NCBI GenBank assembly: GCA_023379265.1
Contig: JAMCUI010000010.1
Location: 200 to 64,199, forward strand
Reading direction: 5' to 3'
Source of the DNA: Patescibacteria group bacterium
GTDB lineage: Bacteria > Patescibacteriota > Microgenomatia > 2-02-FULL-39-11
DNA: 64,000 bases
Shown: positions 1-8,312 of the stretch, one piece after another
Layout of the letters: each line of letters starts with the position of its first letter
Position numbering within the stretch: position 1 is the stretch's first letter
Notes under the pieces: generated by a model
What the model was told of the DNA's origin: nothing
What the model saw: only the letters and a program-made list of their open reading frames with translations
Database searches by the model: none
Position numbers and translations under genes: made by a program

Positions 1-110
1 GGCGTATTATGTTCTCGCTCTACCACTGAGCCATCCAGGCGTATTATGTTCTCGCTCTAACTGAGCCATCCAGGCGTATTATGTTCTCGCTCTACCACTG
101 AGCCATCAAG
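1..110. repeat. Tandem direct repeat array, ~37-38 bp unit x about 3 copies (1-38, 39-73, 74-110), plus a degenerate partial copy near 161-186. The unit is the reverse complement of a tRNA 5' half (acceptor + D-arm GCTCAGTGGTAGAGC).
   Basis: Direct reading: ggcgtattatgttctcgctctaccactgagccatccag is repeated head-to-tail. Reverse complement gives GCCTGGATGGCTCAGTGGTAGAGCGAG, a tRNA-like acceptor/D-arm. There are no spacers, so this is not a CRISPR array. Confidence 0.6.
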
Positions 111-367
111 CCACATAATATATTAAATCTGCTGTTCAATTATTTAGGTAAATTAATATTTGTTCTACCACTGAGTCATCCAGGCAGGTGTTAACTTCGA
201 CGATTTACTATTCTACCTAATTTCTCCAATTTCCTCAATAATCAGCTGGAAATAGGGTCTGGAAAGTGTTAAAGAAAGGATTATCAGATTTAACATTTGG
301 ATTTGACATTATTATTTGACAGTAAATATTCATTAGGTAACAATGATATTGGAAGGGGGTGATTATC

Positions 368-580
368 GTGTATAAGTCATACCTGAAACTCAGGCAGAAT
401 TCCATAAAGTATTTTGAGAAACACATAGACTACAATTCTTTTATCCATATCTTAGGTGGTATAGGGATAGGGGTAATTATCACTTATCCGTTTATCGGTA
501 TACATCCGATACGTTGGGGACTGGTTTTTATAGGATTGGCAATATTGGGCCATATCTATGCCATGACAGGAAAAAAGTAA
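368..580 (+). CDS. Small hydrophobic (2-TM) hypothetical protein. The likely start is GTG 368, after a GGAAGGGGG Shine-Dalgarno sequence.
   Basis: ORF 359..580 in the track. A strong SD (ggaaggggg) sits at 351-359. The product has two hydrophobic helices. Confidence 0.3.
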   Translation: MYKSYLKLRQNSIKYFEKHIDYNSFIHILGGIGIGVIITYPFIGIHPIRWGLVFIGLAILGHIYAMTGKK

Positions 581-595
581 ATGAAATCTAGAAAA

Positions 596-1231
596 TCAGG
601 AGCTGAGTTTTTTGAGATTGTTTATGATTAAAAATCTTCTAGTATAGGATACTATCCCTTTTTTCTTCATTTCCTCAAGTTGCAGGCTGGCTGTTTCCCG
701 CGTAGTGCCTATCCAGGATGCGACCTCCTTATGTGTGAAGGGTAGGGCAATTTTTATCCCTTCCCCGTTTTTCTCCCCGAATTTCTCAGCTAAATAGACA
801 AGAAGTGCTGCCGTTCTGTTGTAAGCAGGTTCAAGCATAAGGCTCTCAAGTCGCAGGGTTAAACCGTGGACTCCCCTTAGTAGACGCTTAGTAAAGTCAT
901 AGAGAAGTGCTGGTTGCTTGTCAAAAAATTCCCGGACATCCTCAAGAGGAGCAAGGTAAGCTTCGACGGTGGATAAGGTATCAAAATAAGTGGAGTTTGG
1001 GGAGCCGTTCATAGCCCACGTCATACAAAAAAAAGATCCGGGTTGAAAGATATTTATGACAAAAATCTCTCCCTTTTGTGAAATGATATATTGTCGTATA
1101 TAACCTTTTTTTAGATAAAAGATACCAGGAGCAGGATCGTCCGCCTGCAGTATACTTTCCCCCTTTTTATAGACGACACGGTCATATTTTTCGAAAAATT
1201 TCTCTATTTTTTTCAGATCTTCCTTTTGCAT
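596..1231 (-). CDS. Crp/Fnr-family transcriptional regulator (cNMP-binding domain plus C-terminal HTH)
   Basis: 211 aa. N-terminal beta-roll region (GESILQADDPAPGIFYLKKGYIRQY) and C-terminal HTH (HKEVASWIGTTRETASLQLEEMKKKGIV), typical of Crp/Fnr. Confidence 0.75.
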   Translation of the reverse strand: MQKEDLKKIEKFFEKYDRVVYKKGESILQADDPAPGIFYLKKGYIRQYIISQKGEIFVINIFQPGSFFCMTWAMNGSPNSTYFDTLSTVEAYLAPLEDVREFFDKQPALLYDFTKRLLRGVHGLTLRLESLMLEPAYNRTAALLVYLAEKFGEKNGEGIKIALPFTHKEVASWIGTTRETASLQLEEMKKKGIVSYTRRFLIINNLKKLSS

Positions 1232-1453
1232 ATTTTTGAAAAAGGGTATACATAGCCACTTATATCCTATTCTTTATCCTGTGTCAAATACTTATTTTCA
1301 TGAATTTCCCACAATTTTCTCATTGATAAGTTTATATTGCCACAAAGGTGAGTTTTATATACTTCTCAAACTCGGGTTTGAGTCAGTATATACCACACTA
1401 ATCAGTTTTTCTGTAATAAAAATTTGCAAACCTGAGTAAGACTGGTACGCATA

Positions 1454-2302
1454 CTAAAGTTGCGAAAGTGTGGAAATAATTTTTATCCCTTCAGGAATAT
1501 TTTCCGTTTGATTGTGCCGTCTCAGGAGTATAAGTTTTTCAAATCCCGCTTTTTTTGCCGGTAAAAGATCGCTTTTGACAGAGTCACCAATCATGACAGA
1601 TAGGAAGGAACTGTCCAATTTTTTCCTCGCAAAATTCAAGGCTTCCGAAAAAATCTGAGGGTTTGGTTTATCATAAGGATCCGCAATAAAGATATGATCA
1701 GTTGGTATGCCAAGTTTGGTAAACTTGTCGAGTCTTTCCATCTTGAGTTTTTTGGAATATTGGGGATCGTAATGGAATAATCCCGTAGTGTCTGATAAGG
1801 TCAGTCGGTTGTCGGAAGAAGTGATGAGATAAAAGGGTTTTTTTATGACAAGTAGTTTTTTGAGAAAGGGGAGAGCATCAGGATAAAAGTCCGCATGGGT
1901 GGTAATCTCATCCCACAACGCTTTTACAGATGATTGCAATTGTGCATTATTCAGTTTGGTGTCCACTCTCTCAGCGGCAATATAAAGTATGGCCTCGCGG
2001 CTCCAACGCTTTATATCTCCATACCGGTCTATAATCGGTTTTTCTACCTCGTTCAGCCGGGAAAGATAAAAATCGGCAATTGACTGTTCCATTTTGCCCA
2101 ATATTTTTCCCTGATGCCGGGAAAATAGGATATTAAATGAAAGGCCGAATTCCTGTGTAATTTGACTATAGTTTTGTATTCCATTTTGTCTCAAACTAAT
2201 ACTTAGTCTATCAAAATGAGTTTTCCCTAAAAGGCTGGTTTTTATAAGACAATCATCAATGTCGAGGAAATAAACTGACTTTTGCATGCCTTTATTATAC
2301 AC
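1454..2302 (-). CDS. HAD-superfamily hydrolase-like protein
   Basis: Motif I-like FLDIDDCLIKT near the N-terminus, and KPNPQIF / MIGDSVKSD motifs near the C-terminus. 282 aa. Confidence 0.55.
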   Translation of the reverse strand: MYNKGMQKSVYFLDIDDCLIKTSLLGKTHFDRLSISLRQNGIQNYSQITQEFGLSFNILFSRHQGKILGKMEQSIADFYLSRLNEVEKPIIDRYGDIKRWSREAILYIAAERVDTKLNNAQLQSSVKALWDEITTHADFYPDALPFLKKLLVIKKPFYLITSSDNRLTLSDTTGLFHYDPQYSKKLKMERLDKFTKLGIPTDHIFIADPYDKPNPQIFSEALNFARKKLDSSFLSVMIGDSVKSDLLPAKKAGFEKLILLRRHNQTENIPEGIKIISTLSQL

Positions 2303-2449
2303 GAGGTAAATTCTGGTAATAATTATGACAGTTATAACCGGTCATCTTACACCAGACAGTTCAGGAGGAATACTAAGCCCAAAGAGAGTGCATGTTGGGA
2401 ATAAGGCTTTGGTTGGACGGGTAAGAGATTAATAAATGGACGCTATTTA

Positions 2450-3403
2450 TTATTGTAAATATTCCTCAATATTTTTCAAATGTTCCTCGTAAGTCTTGGC
2501 ACAGTGGATTTGCTTATTGTGGTCGTGAAGATAAAAAAGACAGTCTGTTTGAGCAGGGTAGATAGCGGCTTTGATTGAAGAAAGGCCCGGGCTGTCAATA
2601 GGGCCTGGAGGAAGTTTTCTTATAATGTATGTGTTATATAGCGAGTTAACAGTCAGATCTTGCGGTGTAACATGCGGCCACCAGTCGGCGGGAGTGCCGA
2701 TAGCATACTGGACTGTAGCGTCTATCTGCAGTTTCATATTCTGATCAAGTCTGTTCCAGATTATGCCTGCGATAAGAGCTTTATCACTGTCACCTCCGCT
2801 TTCCCGCTCGATAAGAGATGCTATTTTTACCGCAGTGTCGATCCTGACGTTTTGGGAAAGAAGATCTTTTTGCATTTGAGGTATTAGGTGGTCGTTAAAG
2901 TTGGAAATAAGCCGCTGCGCAACCTCTTTTCCGGTATAGTCAACATTTAATAAATATGTGTCAGGATACATATAACCCTCATTTGCGTTTTTGAGAAAAT
3001 CCTGAAGATGAGTTTTGTCCCAGTTAAATTTTTTAGCCAGGCGTTCGGCTGTCTGGTCAAGACGCAGCCCCGGAACAAGCACTATCCATTTCTGGTATGG
3101 GTGAAAAAGTAGCGTGTTGGTTATCTGAAGAGCATTCATATTGTGGGATAATAAGTATGAGCCTGGTTCGACAGTACCGGGAAAATTGGTAAGTCCTGAG
3201 ACTATGTTAAATACTTTTTCGGAGTGGATAAAGTTGTCTTTTCTCAACATGTGTACTATTGTGTCTTGTTCGGTATTAAGTGGAATTGTGAAAATGATTT
3301 GTTTACTGGAGAGGCCTGTAGGGGAAAGATAATAGATCAAAAGTATGGTCAGAATAATGAAGAAAAGAAAAAAGAGCTTGATTATGCCTTTGAAAATAGA
3401 CAT
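2450..3403 (-). CDS. mltG: Endolytic murein transglycosylase MltG (YceG-like)
   Basis: N-terminal TM anchor followed by a YceG-like domain. The C-terminal LPPGPI.SPG...AA region is typical of MltG. 317 aa. Confidence 0.7.
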   Translation of the reverse strand: MSIFKGIIKLFFLFFIILTILLIYYLSPTGLSSKQIIFTIPLNTEQDTIVHMLRKDNFIHSEKVFNIVSGLTNFPGTVEPGSYLLSHNMNALQITNTLLFHPYQKWIVLVPGLRLDQTAERLAKKFNWDKTHLQDFLKNANEGYMYPDTYLLNVDYTGKEVAQRLISNFNDHLIPQMQKDLLSQNVRIDTAVKIASLIERESGGDSDKALIAGIIWNRLDQNMKLQIDATVQYAIGTPADWWPHVTPQDLTVNSLYNTYIIRKLPPGPIDSPGLSSIKAAIYPAQTDCLFYLHDHNKQIHCAKTYEEHLKNIEEYLQ

Positions 3404-3488
3404 AGAAAATTAGTATATCACAACAAATTTGAGAGATTGGTTTCATCATATTTTCATAACCGTAGAATAAATTCAAATAACTTCCTGT

Positions 3489-4040
3489 ATGGAGAATAAT
3501 CCTGAAAAGAAAATGAAAAGCAGGGGAGAACTGCATAAAATATTTGTTATATTATTTTTTAATATTGTCTTCGGTCTGGATGAGGCGGTGGTAGTAGTTT
3601 ATCTGCGGGAGATGTTGCAAAGAGGTAAGACAGACTTTTTTATGCATCTCTTGGCTCTGGGACAGCATGCAGAGCTTTTTTCCCTGGGCATTATCGCCTT
3701 TCTGACTCCGCAGTCTTTTGCCGGATGGGCTAATTACAATATTGAGCAGCTGCGGGAGGTAGGGACAATGGTGATGCTTCTGGCATTAGGATACGTAGCC
3801 GGCAGAAACCTGAAGGAAAAAGCGGCCTATTTCTTTTTGAGTTTCGGGGTGTGGGATATTTTTTATTATATCTGGCTTTATATTCTAATCGGATGGCCAA
3901 AATCATTGTCTGACTTGGATATTCTTTTCCTTTTGCCTGTGCCGTGGGTGGCTCCTGTAGTATTGCCTGTGTTTATATCTTTGTTTATGGTGATAATATC
4001 GATTTATTACTTAAAGAAAGCGACTGATATTACTGAATGA
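3489..4040 (+). CDS. Hypothetical polytopic membrane protein
   Basis: 183 aa ORF with about four hydrophobic segments. No recognisable catalytic motif. Confidence 0.4.
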   Translation: MENNPEKKMKSRGELHKIFVILFFNIVFGLDEAVVVVYLREMLQRGKTDFFMHLLALGQHAELFSLGIIAFLTPQSFAGWANYNIEQLREVGTMVMLLALGYVAGRNLKEKAAYFFLSFGVWDIFYYIWLYILIGWPKSLSDLDILFLLPVPWVAPVVLPVFISLFMVIISIYYLKKATDITE

Positions 4041-5796
4041 ATACGGGAGAGGTAGAAATCTGTATCTCTTGAGGATCAACTAAAGTTGAATTCCCGTTTA
4101 TATCAGTTTCCGTTGCCGAACTTTTATTTAGAGGCAGATTAATGGTTGTTGATCCTGTGCTCCAAACTACATATATATTTTTATCGTTCTTGGTAAATTC
4201 ATATCCATAAACATTGTTTCCCAGATTTAGGGATTGGGAAAAGGTGGTGCCATACAGTTTCTCTGACGTTATTTTATAGGCAGTGGCCGCGGGTCTGGGA
4301 TTGTTTTGGCTGTCTACCAGACCGACATGTCCTTCACTCTCAAGAGCAAAATCGTCAAACAGCCAGTAGTTGTAAACAGTGACGTTTCCACCAAGGGCAA
4401 CAATCATTTGTTTGGTCAGGTCTTGGGCCTGAGTATTTGGGTCAAAACCATTGCCCGGAGCACCCCACCAGCTATACCAGCCTTCCCATAGATCTAGAGG
4501 TTTATCATCATTTTGTGCTTTAAGATTGGTGTGTATGTAATCAAGGACGATGGCAAGATCCTGCCAAGGAGCGCCGTTATGTATCTGCATATGGTCATAC
4601 CAATTATGATTTTGAAAAAGCAGGTTTTCCCACTGCAGGAGTTTCTGAATTCCCGGATCATCAACTAGAGTTTGGAATTGTGAAAGATTAGTAATATGGA
4701 GTGACTGGCTGTTTCTTTGGAAATGCTCATCATAGCTTTTGGCAAAATTCATAGCCTCCTGAGTTTTGCCCTGTTGGTAAAGCCAGATAGCTGTCAGATA
4801 CCCAAGTCCTTCATGTGACATAGCAGCGTCTTCAACAATCGCGTCCGGATCAGCAGCGTGTATGGCTTTGTAGGCTGTCTGAAGCTGCGTGAAGTACTCC
4901 TCTGGCGTCCCACCCCAGTTCTGGCTGGCGTGAGCCTCGTTTTCTATGGAGTATCTTTTGATCTTACCCTTATAATGGGAAGCTACCTGATAGACAAAGT
5001 TGTAGTAATCGTCAGAGCTCACTGCCGGCATGGAAGGTTTGTGACGGGAATTGGTGGATGCTGTTGGGACCGGTTGTGTTGCCCAGGGCGCATCAGAGAG
5101 AATATGGACGGCTACTTGTTGGCCGCAATTGCGGAAGCTATCCACCCAGTTGTCAAACTGGCTCCAGCTCCAGACGTCTTTTTGCGGCTCTAATCTTTGC
5201 CAGGAAAGGGTGAGCCAGTTGAAATGCGAACCATAGTGTTGTATTTCACTGCAAAATTGCGGAAGGTCCTGAATCATAACTCCTGTGCCAAAAGTGATAC
5301 CGTTGGTATACGCAATATTGGAATTATTGGTGTTTGAAAGACCTTCACCGGTAGGAATACTGATATAACCAGGTGGTAGAGGCATATTGTTTCCATTTGG
5401 GAAGCATAGTTTAATTTTATCCCAGACGTCTGGAGTTAGCCCGCCGTTTTGTTGTACTTCCTTTACCAGATTTTCTGATTCTGTCATGCCTAGTTTTTTT
5501 AGGATACACTGTTTTACCTGAGAGGTTAATTCGTTTCTCAGTTCCTGAAGTGAAAGTATTGATTTGTTTGATGAAGAAGTCTTTGAGGAGTTGGAAGTGC
5601 GTATACCAACTTTTTGTTCTATTTGTGCAAACGTTTCCTCATGCGTCTTCATGTATGCACCGATACCAATTCCGATAGCGGTGAGTCCGGCCACAAAGAG
5701 AATAAGGAGAGGAATAAATCCTTTACTTGACTTGTGATTTACCATACAAATGGAATGATACTTCGAATTATATGATAATTTGATGGAAAAAGACAA
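4030..5796 (-). CDS. Secreted/membrane-anchored glycoside-hydrolase-like protein (TIM-barrel, clan GH-A-like; NEA acid/base motif). The probable true start is Met at 5745.
   Basis: N-terminal signal anchor (FIPLLILFVAGLTAIGIGIGAY) and an STS-rich linker. A YSIENEAHASQNWGG motif resembles the clan GH-A catalytic NEP region. 588 aa. Confidence 0.45.
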   Translation of the reverse strand: MSFSIKLSYNSKYHSICMVNHKSSKGFIPLLILFVAGLTAIGIGIGAYMKTHEETFAQIEQKVGIRTSNSSKTSSSNKSILSLQELRNELTSQVKQCILKKLGMTESENLVKEVQQNGGLTPDVWDKIKLCFPNGNNMPLPPGYISIPTGEGLSNTNNSNIAYTNGITFGTGVMIQDLPQFCSEIQHYGSHFNWLTLSWQRLEPQKDVWSWSQFDNWVDSFRNCGQQVAVHILSDAPWATQPVPTASTNSRHKPSMPAVSSDDYYNFVYQVASHYKGKIKRYSIENEAHASQNWGGTPEEYFTQLQTAYKAIHAADPDAIVEDAAMSHEGLGYLTAIWLYQQGKTQEAMNFAKSYDEHFQRNSQSLHITNLSQFQTLVDDPGIQKLLQWENLLFQNHNWYDHMQIHNGAPWQDLAIVLDYIHTNLKAQNDDKPLDLWEGWYSWWGAPGNGFDPNTQAQDLTKQMIVALGGNVTVYNYWLFDDFALESEGHVGLVDSQNNPRPAATAYKITSEKLYGTTFSQSLNLGNNVYGYEFTKNDKNIYVVWSTGSTTINLPLNKSSATETDINGNSTLVDPQEIQISTSPVFIQ

Positions 5797-5826
5797 TTTA
5801 CTTTGACAAGCCGTAATTTAGATTAG

Positions 5827-5909
5827 TGCTGAGGCCAGGATTCGAACCTGGGAAGGCGTGAGCCAGCAGTTTTACAGACTGCCCCGTTTGGCCGCTTCGG
5901 TACCTCAGC
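5827..5909 (-). tRNA. tRNA-Tyr (anticodon GTA), type II with long variable arm
   Basis: Reverse complement GCTGAGGTACCGAAGCGGCCAAACGGGGCAGTCTGTAAAACTGC...GGTTCGAATCCTGGCCTCAGCA. The anticodon loop is CTGTAAA, there is a long variable arm, and the T-loop is GGTTCGAATCC. Confidence 0.8.
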
Positions 5910-6011
5910 GATATTTAGTTTGCATTTAGTGGTTGTTTGTTGATTGTTAGTTATTTTTTTGCTTAGATTAACTTCTGATTACAAACAACCAACTAGCAAC
6001 AAGATTTTTTG

Positions 6012-6082
6012 AGCCCTTTGTCAGAATCGAACTGACGTCAACAGTTTACAAAACTGCCGCTTTACCACTAAGCTAAAAGGGC
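6012..6082 (-). tRNA. tRNA-Thr (anticodon TGT)
   Basis: Reverse complement GCCCTTTTAGCTTAGTGGTAAAGCGGCAGTTTTGTAAACTGTTGACGTCAGTTCGATTCTGACAAAGGGCT. It folds as a cloverleaf with anticodon loop TTTGTAA. Confidence 0.75.
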
Positions 6083-6371
6083 CTATTTATCCCGACATCC
6101 GCCTGATGGCGGGGTCGGGACTAACTGGCAGTAAAACTCACTTTGTTCGTTAATTGCCAGTTGAGCAAAACCGTCGCTTTTACTCAGTAAAATTCCTCAG
6201 GATTTTTAATGAGCTGCCACTGAGCTAAGGAGGCAGTTTCTTCAGAATGTTTTCATATTTTACAATTCTTTTTTCAGCCTGTCTACTTGACACATCATGA
6301 TCAATTTGTAACACTGAGATTAGACCGACAGTAATTTCGTTAATTCGTAAAATACTGGTGGTCAGGATTTT

Positions 6372-8225
6372 GTGAATAGAAGAAGATATTTAAGCGTATT
6401 TTCTTTTCTTTTCCTGTTTTGTATTCTTTATCAGGGATTGTTTCTTGCGCCTTTCAAAAACACTGTTTTTGCAGCAGATACCTTAGATTTAAACTCAACT
6501 TCTGGAACAAACCAGATTATAGTAGTCTTTAATTCCTCTCCGACATCTACTACTCTAATGAATTTTGTGATGAATAATAATCAGCTACAGCCTAAATACG
6601 GGTTGACCGCCTCAAATTCTATGGTTTTTGGGCTTTCTACAGGAACTGTTTCAGCTCAGCTTTTGACAACAATCCGTCAGCAGTCGAACGTGAAGGCTGT
6701 ATTTCCCAATTACCATATGACACTCATGGGTACTCCAAATGATACGTATGTTGGTCAGCAGTGGAACTTGCAATCGTTGAAACTGGTAGGGAGCGCTCAA
6801 AGTGCTTGGGATGTGACTCATGGTTCCTCATCTATAGTGGTCGGAGTAATTGATTCAGGTATAGACTCGGCAAATCCCGATCTTGCAGGAAAGATTGATT
6901 CCATGGCTGATTGCAGTACAGGGACGTGTACAACTGTTTCTTCAATGACAGATAGTCTGACAGAACCTCATGGCACACATGTATCAGGACTTATAGGTGC
7001 AGTCACGAATAATGGACAGGGGATCGCAAGTTCAGGTTTCGACACTAAAGTAATGATGGTAAAAGTGGCGGATGCCGGAGGACAAATAATGATTTCAAAC
7101 GTAATAAACGGTATTAAATGGGCGGCTGACCATGGGGCTAAAGTGATAAATATGAGTTTGGGACAATTGGCTGACAATCTGGACGCAAATGCAATTTCCC
7201 AGATAAACGATGCTGTTTCATATGCGTGGGGAAAAGGGATCGTGCTTGTGGCCTCAGCCGGTAACTGCGGTGGAAATACCAACGGTGATAATTCGTGTGC
7301 TTTGACCGATGCGCAGGGAAATCCGACCGGGCAGTTTTTAATAAACAAAAAGGTATATCCGGCTGCTTCTCCCAACGTTATTTCCGTTGCTGCCATAACC
7401 CGTGACGGGACGTTGGCTCCTTATTCTGAACACAATGATGCAACTGATTCTTCTATAGGTAACTGGATAGATGTGGTTGCACCAGGCGGCCTCTGCAGCA
7501 GTCAGAATGATGCTCAGAACTGTATTCTGTCCACATTTTATTCCACACAGGGAGACTATGGGTATATGGCGGGGACTTCTATGGCCTCTCCGCAGGTTGC
7601 AGGTATTGCTGCCTTACTTTTTGCCGTTAACCCTCACCTGACCAATGCTCAAATAAAAGGAATGATTGAATCAACAGCTGATAAAAGCATTGCGTCAGGA
7701 GCATCTGTCAATGGAGAACCAAACGCTTTATCTGCAGTAAATGCGGCCTCAGCAGCAGTGACTCCTGGTGCTCCAACGGTAACACCGGGAGGAGACACTC
7801 CGACCCCCAGCCTGACAAATGCAGCAGATACTCCTACACCGACTCCGGTTGTTCCCAATGTAACACCTTCAGTTACTCCAACTCCAAGTCCCTCTCCTTA
7901 TCCGACCGTGCCGCCGAAGCTGCCGCATACTTACCCTTCCCCGATGCCCTCCGGACCATATTGTCCGGCGATCACCAACTGTTCCCATAAAGAAGTCGGT
8001 GACGCCAATTGTGACGGGGTAGTAGATGAAAGCGATTTTAAGCTGTGGTGGGAAGAGTTTGACACGATACCTCCGGCATCCCCAGCTAACCAGAATGCAA
8101 ATTTTGCCTGTGTTGAAGGAAACAAAAGTTCATATTTTGCCGATCTGGTCAGTTTTGAGATTTGGAGAAGAAATTCTATAAGCGGTTTGATGTCTACAGC
8201 GCCTGGTAACAACTCGAACCAATAA
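6372..8225 (+). CDS. Secreted subtilisin-like serine protease (peptidase S8) with Pro/Thr-rich linker and C-terminal dockerin-like Ca-binding module
   Basis: Signal peptide present. Catalytic triad motifs are VIDSGID (Asp), HGTHVSG (His) and GTSMASPQVAG (Ser). The linker is TPTPTPVVPNVTPSVTPTPSPSP. The C-terminal GDANCDGVVDESDF matches the dockerin DxNxDGxxDxxD pattern. Confidence 0.85.
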   Translation: MNRRRYLSVFSFLFLFCILYQGLFLAPFKNTVFAADTLDLNSTSGTNQIIVVFNSSPTSTTLMNFVMNNNQLQPKYGLTASNSMVFGLSTGTVSAQLLTTIRQQSNVKAVFPNYHMTLMGTPNDTYVGQQWNLQSLKLVGSAQSAWDVTHGSSSIVVGVIDSGIDSANPDLAGKIDSMADCSTGTCTTVSSMTDSLTEPHGTHVSGLIGAVTNNGQGIASSGFDTKVMMVKVADAGGQIMISNVINGIKWAADHGAKVINMSLGQLADNLDANAISQINDAVSYAWGKGIVLVASAGNCGGNTNGDNSCALTDAQGNPTGQFLINKKVYPAASPNVISVAAITRDGTLAPYSEHNDATDSSIGNWIDVVAPGGLCSSQNDAQNCILSTFYSTQGDYGYMAGTSMASPQVAGIAALLFAVNPHLTNAQIKGMIESTADKSIASGASVNGEPNALSAVNAASAAVTPGAPTVTPGGDTPTPSLTNAADTPTPTPVVPNVTPSVTPTPSPSPYPTVPPKLPHTYPSPMPSGPYCPAITNCSHKEVGDANCDGVVDESDFKLWWEEFDTIPPASPANQNANFACVEGNKSSYFADLVSFEIWRRNSISGLMSTAPGNNSNQ

Positions 8226-8269
8226 GTAGAGAAAGCCACAGGTGAAGACTATATAGTGCAATAATTTCA

Positions 8270-8298
8270 TTGACATCCTGAAGATATATTCGTATATT
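8270..8298 (+). promoter_or_regulatory. Sigma-70-like promoter (TTGACA-17 bp-TATATT) upstream of the PGT-ligase fusion gene
   Basis: TTGACA at 8270-8275, a 17-nt spacer, and TATATT at 8293-8298. The ATG lies at 8313. Confidence 0.45.
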
Positions 8299-8312
8299 GT
8301 CGTTTATCGGCT

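Noticed and set aside
1-190. Possible CRISPR array, because of the regularly spaced direct repeats
   Set aside because: The repeats are contiguous with no spacers. Units are ~37 bp with tRNA-like content. No cas genes are nearby within the window.
6160-6250. Third tRNA or SRP-RNA-like sequence (gagctgccactgagctaaggaggcag) near the tRNA pair
   Set aside because: No cloverleaf could be folded and the conserved SRP domain IV motif is absent. It is probably just leader sequence of the protease gene.
6968-8239. Antisense ORFs (6968..7396, 7649..7858, 7931..8239) inside the S8 protease gene
   Set aside because: They lie entirely within a well-supported protease CDS on the opposite strand. The Pro/Ala/Gly-rich translations are an artefact of the GC/PT-rich linker sequence.
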